NCBI GenBank assembly: GCA_038153405.1
Contig: JAYOYH010000079.1
Location: forward strand, 1-17,176
Length of the DNA: 17,176 nt
Direction of reading: 5' to 3'
Source: Gemmatimonadota bacterium
GTDB lineage: Bacteria; Latescibacterota; UBA2968; UBA8231
Each line of letters begins with the position of its first letter. Position 1 is the stretch's first letter. A program made the translations under genes and the position numbers. The notes beneath the pieces are model-generated. The model made no database searches, was not told the origin of the DNA, and saw only the letters and a list, made by a program, of their open reading frames with translations. Shown one piece after another: positions 1 to 7,672 of this stretch.

Positions 1-33
1 AGTGCGTTTAAATCCCACGGCAAATGAGTTGTG

Positions 34-2013
34 ATGGTGCGAAGTTCAATATTTGTATGGACATCGTTGCTGGTATGGATTTCCGTAGTGACGCTTTCTC
101 CCGTCTGCGCACAAGAGGTCTTTCTCGTCGGGTCTGCGGACAGGCCTTGGAACGAGTTTGGCACGACACCCGGCGGCGTTATCGCCTATGTGGAGGCGTT
201 AGGCGATGTGCGCGATTCGGCCGGCGAGACCGTATTTGTCGACGTCCCCGACTCGCTTGGCGGTTGGCTCATGCCCCTGCGCCTCAGCCCGGAGTTCAAT
301 ATTTCCTCTGACGTGTTCGAGCGCGGCGGCAGCATTGACGTGCCGATCTTGGCGCGCAGCGAAGTGGATCCGGCCGAGTTGGAGGGCGTGCTCAACGGCG
401 ACCACGCCGTCGCCTACGATCGCAAATTTGTCGCCGGGCGCATCGTGCGCAACAACGGTATCACCATTCGCCTCGACTTGGGTGCGCGATTTGGCGTAGA
501 CCGGATTGTTTTCTATCCCAGAATGACCGAACAATTTCCCTTTGTCAGCGACTATCTGCGCGGCTACGAAATCTATCTGAACGACGGTCAGCCGCAGAAT
601 CTCTTTGCCAGCGGCCAGCCGATCTTCACTTCGCCCATACTGCGCGAACCCGATAACCGCCAAGCTCGAGTGGACGTGGGCATCGAGGCGCAGTTCGTGC
701 GCTATGTGGAACTGAAGTCGATATCGCCGCTCGGTTTTGAAATTGACGAAATAGAAATTTACGGACGAGGCTTCGTGCCGACGGCGCGCTATGTCTCTAA
801 TGTCCTCGACTTGGGCGAAGACGTGGTTTGGGGGCAAATTAACTGGAACGAAGTATTTGCCGGCCGCGAAGATGACTCCGAACTCGAGATTCGCGTGCGC
901 AGCGGCAGCGATCTGACGCCCGACGTCTACTATCGCACCGTATCGGTCGACGGCGTCAGCCAGCTGCTGCCGACCAATAGCAACGGCGATACGTTGACCG
1001 AAGCTAGCTATATGCGGCTCAAGGAAAACGAACGCGGCCCCATCCGCGTCGATATCGCCAACTGGAGCCAGTGGCAGCTGGCCGGCAACGGCGTAGAGCT
1101 AAACGTGCCGGCACCGCGCCGCTACTTCCAGTTTAGCATCGACTTCACCAACCGCGATCTGACGGCGAGTAGGGCGGTGGCCGATCTGGGTTTCGAGTAT
1201 GAAAAGCCGCCCGTTGATCGCATCGTCGCCGAGATAGGCCCATCGCAGACGCAGGTGGGCGAGGAAACCACGTTCACTTACTTTGCGCGCGTGGTAAACG
1301 CCAGCGGGCGAGCCGGCTTTAGCCGCTTTGAAGTGGAGACGCCCGCGCGCGTGGCGGCTGTCCGTTCGGTCGAACTCTTTGACGCGCAGGGCAATGTGCT
1401 GGAGGCAGCCGATTTCTCTGCGGCCAATTTGAACGAGCTGCCCATAGTCGACGGCGCGCTGTCCATTGAAGAAGTAACAGGCAATAGCTTCGCGCTGGGT
1501 CTGCCACAGGTCAGCGCGGACGGCGCGCTGCTGAAAATCGTTTTTGACGCGGCGGTTTTTCGCTATGGCACCCGCTTTCAAGGGCGCGCATTCACCGACG
1601 CCAGCACGGCGATTCCCCTGCAGACTGAGGGGGGTAATGCGACGGCGGAACTGCAGACCGACGAGCTGCTGGTGCGGGTGACGGTGGGCTCGCAGGTGGC
1701 TGGGGCGCTGAGCGCTGTGCCGCGCGCCTTTACGCCCAATGGAGACGGCGTCAACGACGAGGTGCAGATCAGCTATACCGTGCTCCATCTGCTCGAGCCC
1801 TCACCGGCGACTGTGCGCATCTACGATCTGGCCGGCAGCGTCGTGCGCCAGTTCGATGCGGGGCAAGTGCAAAACGGGCGCAGCGAGCTGCGCTGGGATG
1901 GCAAAGGCGATGGCGGCCAACCGCTGCCTCCGGGCACGTATATAGTGCAGGTAGAAATTCGCTCAGACAGCAGTACCGAGAGCCGCGCGCACAGCGTGGT
2001 GATTGCTTATTGA
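34..2013 (+). CDS. Secreted protein, paralog A: discoidin/F5-8C-like domain, conserved central domain, C-terminal FlgD-Ig/T9SS type-B-like domain
   Basis: 659-aa ORF from ATG 34 (GTG 31 also possible). Signal peptide ends VCA|QEV. Discoidin-like pattern NGD...LDLGARFGVDRIVFYP...YVEL...IDEIEIYG. C-terminal FTPNGDGVND...IYDLAG...WDGKGDGG..LPPGTY...VVIAY. Clear paralogy with 5824-7662 and 9412-12060. Confidence 0.85.
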   Translation: MVRSSIFVWTSLLVWISVVTLSPVCAQEVFLVGSADRPWNEFGTTPGGVIAYVEALGDVRDSAGETVFVDVPDSLGGWLMPLRLSPEFNISSDVFERGGSIDVPILARSEVDPAELEGVLNGDHAVAYDRKFVAGRIVRNNGITIRLDLGARFGVDRIVFYPRMTEQFPFVSDYLRGYEIYLNDGQPQNLFASGQPIFTSPILREPDNRQARVDVGIEAQFVRYVELKSISPLGFEIDEIEIYGRGFVPTARYVSNVLDLGEDVVWGQINWNEVFAGREDDSELEIRVRSGSDLTPDVYYRTVSVDGVSQLLPTNSNGDTLTEASYMRLKENERGPIRVDIANWSQWQLAGNGVELNVPAPRRYFQFSIDFTNRDLTASRAVADLGFEYEKPPVDRIVAEIGPSQTQVGEETTFTYFARVVNASGRAGFSRFEVETPARVAAVRSVELFDAQGNVLEAADFSAANLNELPIVDGALSIEEVTGNSFALGLPQVSADGALLKIVFDAAVFRYGTRFQGRAFTDASTAIPLQTEGGNATAELQTDELLVRVTVGSQVAGALSAVPRAFTPNGDGVNDEVQISYTVLHLLEPSPATVRIYDLAGSVVRQFDAGQVQNGRSELRWDGKGDGGQPLPPGTYIVQVEIRSDSSTESRAHSVVIAY

Positions 2014-2036
2014 GCGCTGTTAGCAGGGAGGAATAC

Positions 2037-4700
2037 TTGAATACTCGATTATTTTTATACGTGCTGGCCGTGCTGTGGCTAGCTGCGACGACACAGCTGG
2101 CCCTCGCGCAGGATACCGGCACGCGCTTGGGCTCCGTAAAGCGGGGCGGACGAGTCGACTTTTCGCCCAAGGGCCCCGGCGTGCTCTTTGATGCGCTGGA
2201 CCCGGCCGTTAAGAAATGGTACGTGCCGCAGGAGCTGTACAACGAGTACCGCTGGATGCAGTGGCAGTACACTAACTACGCCCGCGAAAACTACCAGCGC
2301 TACGTCAACACGTCGCAAGAGGGCGATTACTTCTACGACATATACGGCAACTTCGTCACGCGCGGCTGGTTGGTATACGACTGGCAGCAGAATCGCCCAC
2401 AGCAGTTTGGCAGCGGCATTCTCAAGACCAACCGCTACAACACGTGGTTCGACAAGCTGATTATTGCATCCGACAGCAAGGGGCAGTATCACTACAGCTT
2501 GACCATCGGCGACGCGATCCGCACCACGCTGACGCCGATGACCTTTTCCAAGCCCGGCTTTAACGGCGTGCAGTGGGATTTTGCCGCCGATAAGTACTCG
2601 GCCACGATGCTGCTGGCTCGGCCCAGTCGGCCCGGCATTTCGACCTCGCTCGACATTCCCGACCAAAAGACCAGTGCCACCAATCTGCTGGGCGGACGCA
2701 GCGTCATACACGTCGGCGATTTCGTCGAAGTAGGCGCTACCTACTTGACGGCCTTTCAGACGCAGACGCTGCTGGACGATTTTAGCGGCAACCCCTTTAG
2801 CGGCGGTGCTCTGACGACCGACCAGAATGCGCTGCCCATTTCGCGCATCGTCATCCGCCTGGCCGATGACTCGCCGCAGGACGGCATTGGCGGCGCGGCG
2901 CTCTTCGATGATGAAATCATCATAAAGGACACCGAAGGCAATGTCTATCGCGGCAGCCAGATCAACTTCGAACCGATTCGCGAAGGCGGCTTTCAGCGCG
3001 TCGGCTACATATCGGCCGACGGCGATGAGCGCATTACGCTGACCTACGATTTTACCGACCCGGCCTATATTGGACCCGATCCATCGGTGATCGAAGAAGT
3101 CTCCTTTGAACTGGTATTGTCCAACGACTACCGGGTGGAAGTCACATCCGACCGCCAGACCAACATCGATTCGCAGCCAGTCTTTTTGCTGGTAGAGCGA
3201 GCCGATGGCAATATTCGCGACAACTCCAACCAGCGCTTGCTGAAGTTCGACTATGGCCTGCCGACGGCGAACGTCATCTTTGGCTTTACGCTGGAAGCAA
3301 CCAAAGTCTGGGGCTTTGATTTCTACGGTGAGTACGACTTTAATCGCCAGTATCGCCAATATCCCAACGTCAATCTCAACGATCACCATAAGGCGATTAA
3401 AAAAGCCGATGCGTGGATGTTCAACCTATCGCGGGTCGACGACCCGTTTTTTGCCTTTCTCGAAGCCTACAGCATGGACGACGCCTATTCGACGCGCACC
3501 TATTTAGCTGGCACCTTGCGCCAGGACGAGATCGACTACGAAGACGAGACATTTTACGTGTACGAGTTTGTCGACGACAACGACGATCAGGACCGGCGCC
3601 CCGACTGGACCCGCTTTGGCCAGCCGCTCGTCGACAACGCCGTGTTTCCCGGCCTGGACGAAAACAACGACTTCATATCGGACTTCAACCAGAACGACAC
3701 CGAGGACCGCGAGAACTTCGTGCCCGACTACGAGGAGCCCTTTTTGCGCTACCATTCGGACCGGCCCGAGTTCTTGTTTGGCATCGATATGAACAACAAC
3801 GGCTGGATAGACCGCTTCGAGAACGACGAAGAGCCCGACTATCCCTACGGGCGCGACCTTCGGGGTCGCAACGCGTATGCCGGCGTCATGATTTCGCCGG
3901 AGGCCAAGCTGACGGTGGGGTGGCTGGACGAGGAGCTGATCTCCGGCGACGGACGCAATCGCAGCGCCTATATGCTTTTTACCTACGAGCGCGACGTGGC
4001 CGATTTGGGGCGGGTGCGCCTCTATGAAAATCTCCGTCTGGTCGAAGACAATATTCCCGACAATCTCTTTCAGTGGGTGCAGCCGCCCAATTCGCGCGGC
4101 ACGCATCAGCGCATATTTGACCCGCTGCCCGCCAGAGACACTTGGATCAACACCACATATGCGCAGGTCGACTACCGCGGCCTATCGCATTTGAACATCA
4201 TCAACAAGCTCAAGTACGAGGTGTATAGCCAGCGCGAAGAACACGGCGATTTGCGCGGGACCTCCAGCTTTTTTGGCTTGATAAACAAGGCCGATTACAC
4301 CATTGAACTGGGGCAGATAGAAATCGAACCGCGCATCAAGAGCGAGTATCTGCGCCAGCGTCCCTTCAGCAGGCGCGATCCCAAGCGCCGGGAGCTGACG
4401 GAGACGCTCTTTCTCATCGCTCGCTTCCCGCTGCTGCGCCATACGCTAATTGAACTGGGGCTGGAACTATCGCATTTCGAGCAGTTCCGCGACAGAGACG
4501 GCGTGCCGCTGCACCGTGCGCTAGAGCCAGACTCGAACAGCCGGATACTGGCCGTTCAATTCGCCAATGCCGGCGACTATCTGGGCTATAAGCTGCATCT
4601 GCAGACGGGTATGCGCCTGCAAAAGCAGACGTTTGAGAATCTGCCGTCCAGCACGACGAGCACTATTTTCATGACGGCGTACGCCGGTTTGGAGCGATAG
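2037..4700 (+). CDS. Large secreted protein, probable outer-membrane beta-barrel with an acidic calcium-binding-like insertion
   Basis: Start reassigned to TTG 2037 because GGAGG lies at 2027-2031 and this gives the signal peptide MNTRLFLYVLAVLWLAATTQLALA|QD. Many alternating amphipathic strands (FDFYGEYDF, YMLFTYE, INKADYTIELG, IELGLEL, LHLQTGMRL, IFMTAYAGL). D/N-rich segment at 3525-3848. The CDS is secure; the barrel fold is inferred. Confidence 0.75.
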   Translation: MNTRLFLYVLAVLWLAATTQLALAQDTGTRLGSVKRGGRVDFSPKGPGVLFDALDPAVKKWYVPQELYNEYRWMQWQYTNYARENYQRYVNTSQEGDYFYDIYGNFVTRGWLVYDWQQNRPQQFGSGILKTNRYNTWFDKLIIASDSKGQYHYSLTIGDAIRTTLTPMTFSKPGFNGVQWDFAADKYSATMLLARPSRPGISTSLDIPDQKTSATNLLGGRSVIHVGDFVEVGATYLTAFQTQTLLDDFSGNPFSGGALTTDQNALPISRIVIRLADDSPQDGIGGAALFDDEIIIKDTEGNVYRGSQINFEPIREGGFQRVGYISADGDERITLTYDFTDPAYIGPDPSVIEEVSFELVLSNDYRVEVTSDRQTNIDSQPVFLLVERADGNIRDNSNQRLLKFDYGLPTANVIFGFTLEATKVWGFDFYGEYDFNRQYRQYPNVNLNDHHKAIKKADAWMFNLSRVDDPFFAFLEAYSMDDAYSTRTYLAGTLRQDEIDYEDETFYVYEFVDDNDDQDRRPDWTRFGQPLVDNAVFPGLDENNDFISDFNQNDTEDRENFVPDYEEPFLRYHSDRPEFLFGIDMNNNGWIDRFENDEEPDYPYGRDLRGRNAYAGVMISPEAKLTVGWLDEELISGDGRNRSAYMLFTYERDVADLGRVRLYENLRLVEDNIPDNLFQWVQPPNSRGTHQRIFDPLPARDTWINTTYAQVDYRGLSHLNIINKLKYEVYSQREEHGDLRGTSSFFGLINKADYTIELGQIEIEPRIKSEYLRQRPFSRRDPKRRELTETLFLIARFPLLRHTLIELGLELSHFEQFRDRDGVPLHRALEPDSNSRILAVQFANAGDYLGYKLHLQTGMRLQKQTFENLPSSTTSTIFMTAYAGLER

Positions 4701-4741
4701 ACATTACACTTGAGAGTCGGGTGCCAATCTGTTATTTTCTT

Positions 4742-4801
4742 TAGTGAGCGCCTGTTCGGATGGCTTTGCCCGTTGCTTAGCTGAATGAGCGGCGTTCACT
4801 A
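4742..4801 (+). other. Intergenic RNA stem-loop upstream of the TWGQIK protein gene
   Basis: TAGTGAGCGCC (4742-4752) pairs with GGCGTTCACTA (4791-4801), 11 bp with one G-U. The interior can form GGC-TTT-GCC (4762-4770) and GCTTA/TGAGC (4775-4790). Confidence 0.55.
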
Positions 4802-4846
4802 CTCTGTTCCCTGTTGCTTTCTCATCAAGGTGAAAGCTATCTGCAA

Positions 4847-4853
4847 AAGGAGG
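4847..4853 (+). promoter_or_regulatory. Strong Shine-Dalgarno sequence for 4858..5727
   Basis: AAGGAGG lies 4 nt upstream of ATG 4858. Confidence 0.8.
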
Positions 4854-4857
4854 CTGT

Positions 4858-5727
4858 ATGAAGAAGCTCAACGCATTGCTGGGGGCCGCGCTCGTTGCGG
4901 CGCTCGCGACGGGTCCGTCTTATGGACACCAGGGGGAAATGAAGTTCATGTTCCAGTTCCCCGATCACTTGACGCCTACGCTGGACGGCGATATGTCCGA
5001 TTGGGATATCGTCGGTGAGGTGTATCAGATCCAAGGCGAGACCATGTTCAACCAGTTTGGTGCTCCGATGGATCTGAGCGATTTTAACGCCAAGCTGATG
5101 TGGGGGTATAACCTCAGTGCCAACAAAGCCTACTACGGAGCGTGGATCAGCGACGATATGATCAACGATACGGAAAAATGGTCGACGACCACCGACTGGG
5201 ACCACTCGGGCGGCATCTTCCGTCGCTTTGATCAGGGCGATGAGTTCGAGGCGCGCTGGGCCAGCGCACAGGCGCAGCGCTACGACGTTGCGGCGCCGAT
5301 TTTCAGCTCGTCCGGTTACTACACTCGTATAATTGACGGTTCGAAAGCGTGGGCCGGCACCGACCCTTATCTGATGTGGGGCGGTCAGTTCCTGCGCGGC
5401 GATGTCAATACGTTCGAGCCAGCTGAAATGTTCACCGAGTATGCGATGGTGCCTTTTGATGACATTCATCCCGACGGCCCCGATGCCAGTATTGAGCACA
5501 AGTTTGCCGAGGGCCAGATCGTCGGTATCGAAGTGAACTGGGGCGACAAAGACGCCGATCCGGGCGCCTACGACGACGCCTACTGGTCGGGCTTTGGCGG
5601 CGTCGGTGCATCGGCAGACGCCGACCAGTTTGGCGACTACCTGCTGGCGCCGATTGAGGCGGGTCTGCCCACGGCTACGGCTGTCGAGACCAGCACTTGG
5701 GGTCAGATTAAGACGAGCCTCGACTAA
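4858..5727 (+). CDS. Secreted CBM9/DOMON-like sugar-binding-fold protein with a C-terminal TAVExxTWGxIK tail
   Basis: 289 aa with strong SD and signal peptide MKKLNALLGAALVAALATGPSYG. PTLDGDMSDW matches the PxIDGxLxDW start of CBM9/DOMON-like domains. EYAMVPF and GQIVGIEVNWGDKD resemble the later strands of that fold. Ends LPTATAVETSTWGQIKTSLD. Confidence 0.8.
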   Translation: MKKLNALLGAALVAALATGPSYGHQGEMKFMFQFPDHLTPTLDGDMSDWDIVGEVYQIQGETMFNQFGAPMDLSDFNAKLMWGYNLSANKAYYGAWISDDMINDTEKWSTTTDWDHSGGIFRRFDQGDEFEARWASAQAQRYDVAAPIFSSSGYYTRIIDGSKAWAGTDPYLMWGGQFLRGDVNTFEPAEMFTEYAMVPFDDIHPDGPDASIEHKFAEGQIVGIEVNWGDKDADPGAYDDAYWSGFGGVGASADADQFGDYLLAPIEAGLPTATAVETSTWGQIKTSLD

Positions 5728-5770
5728 GAGCGCGTCGCAGGCCTGTTGTGACAGGCGATCAATGTAGTGT

Positions 5771-5810
5771 GTGGCGGGGTTCGCGGGCGACTGTGGACCC
5801 CGCCGCTTTG
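5771..5810 (+). terminator. 16-bp stem-loop with GCGA tetraloop: weak terminator or mRNA-stabilising hairpin
   Basis: GTGGCGGGGTTCGCGG-GCGA-CTGTGGACCCCGCCGC (5771-5806) gives 16 contiguous pairs including 4 G-U, followed only by TTTG and then the next SD (AGGAGG 5812-5817). Confidence 0.7.
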
Positions 5811-5823
5811 TAGGAGGTGTGCG

Positions 5824-7662
5824 GTGAGACGGCTTTTTCTATGGACATCGGTTTGCCTGCTGGCTGTATCGGCCAGTGGACGCGAACACTATCAGTTGGG
5901 TGGAGCGACGGGCGTCCCTTGGTCGGCCGTGGGCACACCCAGTTTTATCGACGAGGTGTTCGCACCGGGCAGCATTCGCCCGTTGAGTACCGAACTGAGC
6001 CACAACCTCGTTAGCACGATGCGCAATCGGGGCGGCGATCTCACCAGCTTAGTTAGCATTTACACCCTGCCGGCGAATTGGCCCGATACGCGCGGCTTTG
6101 CCGTTGACGGAGATCCGGCTACGGCCTTTGTACATCCGCCGCGCATCGACTTTTTTCGACCGGGCTATTTCTACACCACGCCCATGTTCTTCGACTTGGG
6201 TGCGCCGTTCCCCATAGAGCGCGTGGTCTTTTCGACTCGTCCCGATCAGCCGGGCAATAAAATACGACGGTTTCGTTTCTATCTGAACGACGGCAGTGCC
6301 GAAAGTCGAGACGACAAAGGAAACATAGTGTGGACGCTCGTGCACGATGAGAAAGACAATCTCAACGCGCGCGTGGAGCTGAGCGTCGAGCCTCAGATCG
6401 TACGCCATCTCTACCTGCACCCTCTGGAAGTGGGAGACACTTGGGAAGTCGCCGAGTTTGAGGTGTACGGTCAGGGGTTTGTTCCCAAGGCATCGTATAT
6501 TTCTGATCCCATTGATTTGGGTGCGCTGTCGAGTTTAGGGCGGATATGGTGGAGCGGTCAACGCGATGCCAATTCTAAAGTTCTGATTCAGACGCGCAGT
6601 GGTAGCGACGATCAGCCCGAAGTGTATTGGCGCAAAACAGGCGTTGGCGACCAAGAAGTTTCGACGCTGGCCAGCGGGGCTCCCATGTCGCGCGCCGACT
6701 ATTTTTCCACGCCGCAAAACGTGCGCGGTCGCATTACGCAAGACCTGGAAAACTGGAGCGTCTGGCATACCTATGAGTACGAAGATGGGCTCGACGGCAC
6801 GCGCATACTGTCGCCGGGTCCGCGCCGATTCGTGCAGCTGCGCATCGACTTTTCATCGCAGGCTTTGCAAGGTGGTCAGATTGACTCGCTGTTCTTTGAG
6901 TATTCGCAGCCACCTCTTGTCGGTACAGTGATCGGCGAGATTCACCCTTCATCGGTCAACCCCGCTGAACAGGTCCAGTTTACCTACGCTATTCGCGCGC
7001 GAATGGATGCGGGCCTGTCGGGCTTCGATCAGCTGGAATTGCGCACTGCGGCGCAGGTGGAAAAGATTTCGGCCGTGCGCATTGACCGCCAAGAAGTCGA
7101 CTACAGCGCGGCACTCGACCCGGACGATCCCCATCAGTTCAGGGTGAATTTCCCTCGTATAGATCAGGACCAGACCCTGCTGGAAATCGACTTTGATGCG
7201 CGCGTATTCGTATACGGAACGGTCTTTAGCGCCTCAGTAGTCGACAGCGAGACGGACGAAGTCGGTCAGGAAGTGACCCCCGGCGATGCCGTGGCGGCGC
7301 TCTTGAGCGACGACATTGTCGTCCACACCGCGCTTGAGGGCCGTTTACTCGATGACGTATCTATGGGACCAAATCCCTTTACGCCCAACGGAGACGGCAT
7401 CAACGACCAGGTGCAAATTCGCTATGCGCTGTTGCGCCTGACTAGAGCGATGCCGCTGACGGTAGAAATTCGCGATTTAAACGGTCGCAAAGTACGCGAT
7501 TTGAGTAGCAATAGTGGCGCGGGAATGCTGTATCAGCTGACGTGGGACGGTCTCGACGATGAGGGTCAGATGGCTGCACCTGGTCTATACATAGTGCGCA
7601 TTGCCGTGGAGGCCGACAGCGGCAGCGAGGAAAAACTGGGCTATGTTGCGTTGGCCTATTAG
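5824..7662 (+). CDS. Secreted protein, paralog B: discoidin-like domain, conserved central domain, C-terminal FlgD-Ig/T9SS type-B-like domain
   Basis: Start reassigned to GTG 5824 (AGGAGG 5812-5817), giving signal peptide MRRLFLWTSVCLLAVSASG and 612 aa. Motifs AVDGDPAT, FDLGAPFPIERVVF, VAEFEVYGQGFVP, TRSGSD, NWSVW, PGPRR and PNPFTPNGDGIND...WDGLDDEG...PGLY...VALAY. Confidence 0.87.
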   Translation: MRRLFLWTSVCLLAVSASGREHYQLGGATGVPWSAVGTPSFIDEVFAPGSIRPLSTELSHNLVSTMRNRGGDLTSLVSIYTLPANWPDTRGFAVDGDPATAFVHPPRIDFFRPGYFYTTPMFFDLGAPFPIERVVFSTRPDQPGNKIRRFRFYLNDGSAESRDDKGNIVWTLVHDEKDNLNARVELSVEPQIVRHLYLHPLEVGDTWEVAEFEVYGQGFVPKASYISDPIDLGALSSLGRIWWSGQRDANSKVLIQTRSGSDDQPEVYWRKTGVGDQEVSTLASGAPMSRADYFSTPQNVRGRITQDLENWSVWHTYEYEDGLDGTRILSPGPRRFVQLRIDFSSQALQGGQIDSLFFEYSQPPLVGTVIGEIHPSSVNPAEQVQFTYAIRARMDAGLSGFDQLELRTAAQVEKISAVRIDRQEVDYSAALDPDDPHQFRVNFPRIDQDQTLLEIDFDARVFVYGTVFSASVVDSETDEVGQEVTPGDAVAALLSDDIVVHTALEGRLLDDVSMGPNPFTPNGDGINDQVQIRYALLRLTRAMPLTVEIRDLNGRKVRDLSSNSGAGMLYQLTWDGLDDEGQMAAPGLYIVRIAVEADSGSEEKLGYVALAY

Positions 7663-7672
7663 GGAGGGATGG

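Noticed and set aside
1..27. Possible 3' end of an upstream gene (SAFKSHGK-stop at 25-27)
   Set aside because: Only 8 codons are visible, too little to support a feature, although it would imply the operon extends to the left.
1729..2013. Calling the paralogs flagellar hook-cap FlgD or gliding-motility genes
   Set aside because: Only the C-terminal Ig-like tail resembles those families. The proteins have Sec signal peptides, and no flagellar or gld genes are present in the window.
2079..3389. 436-aa antisense ORF, and similar long shadow ORFs such as 199-837, 1099-1788, 4837-5499 and 10540-11385
   Set aside because: They lie opposite well-supported genes and have no recognisable motifs. Long antisense frames are expected from codon bias in GC-rich coding DNA.
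4761..4776. TGGCTTTGCCCGTTGC as a sigma-54 promoter for 4858
   Set aside because: The GG-to-GC spacing is 11 nt rather than the required 10.
4757..4800. Resemblance to a fluoride riboswitch (GATGG...GCTGAATGA)
   Set aside because: There is an extra base in the GCURAUG motif, no pseudoknot complement, and the downstream gene is unrelated to fluoride resistance.
1729..7425. 42/48-nt repeat between 1729-1776 and 7378-7425 as a DGR template/variable repeat or recombination cassette
   Set aside because: Both copies are in-frame coding for the same conserved motif, mismatches are not confined to adenines of one copy, and no reverse transcriptase or recombinase is in the window.
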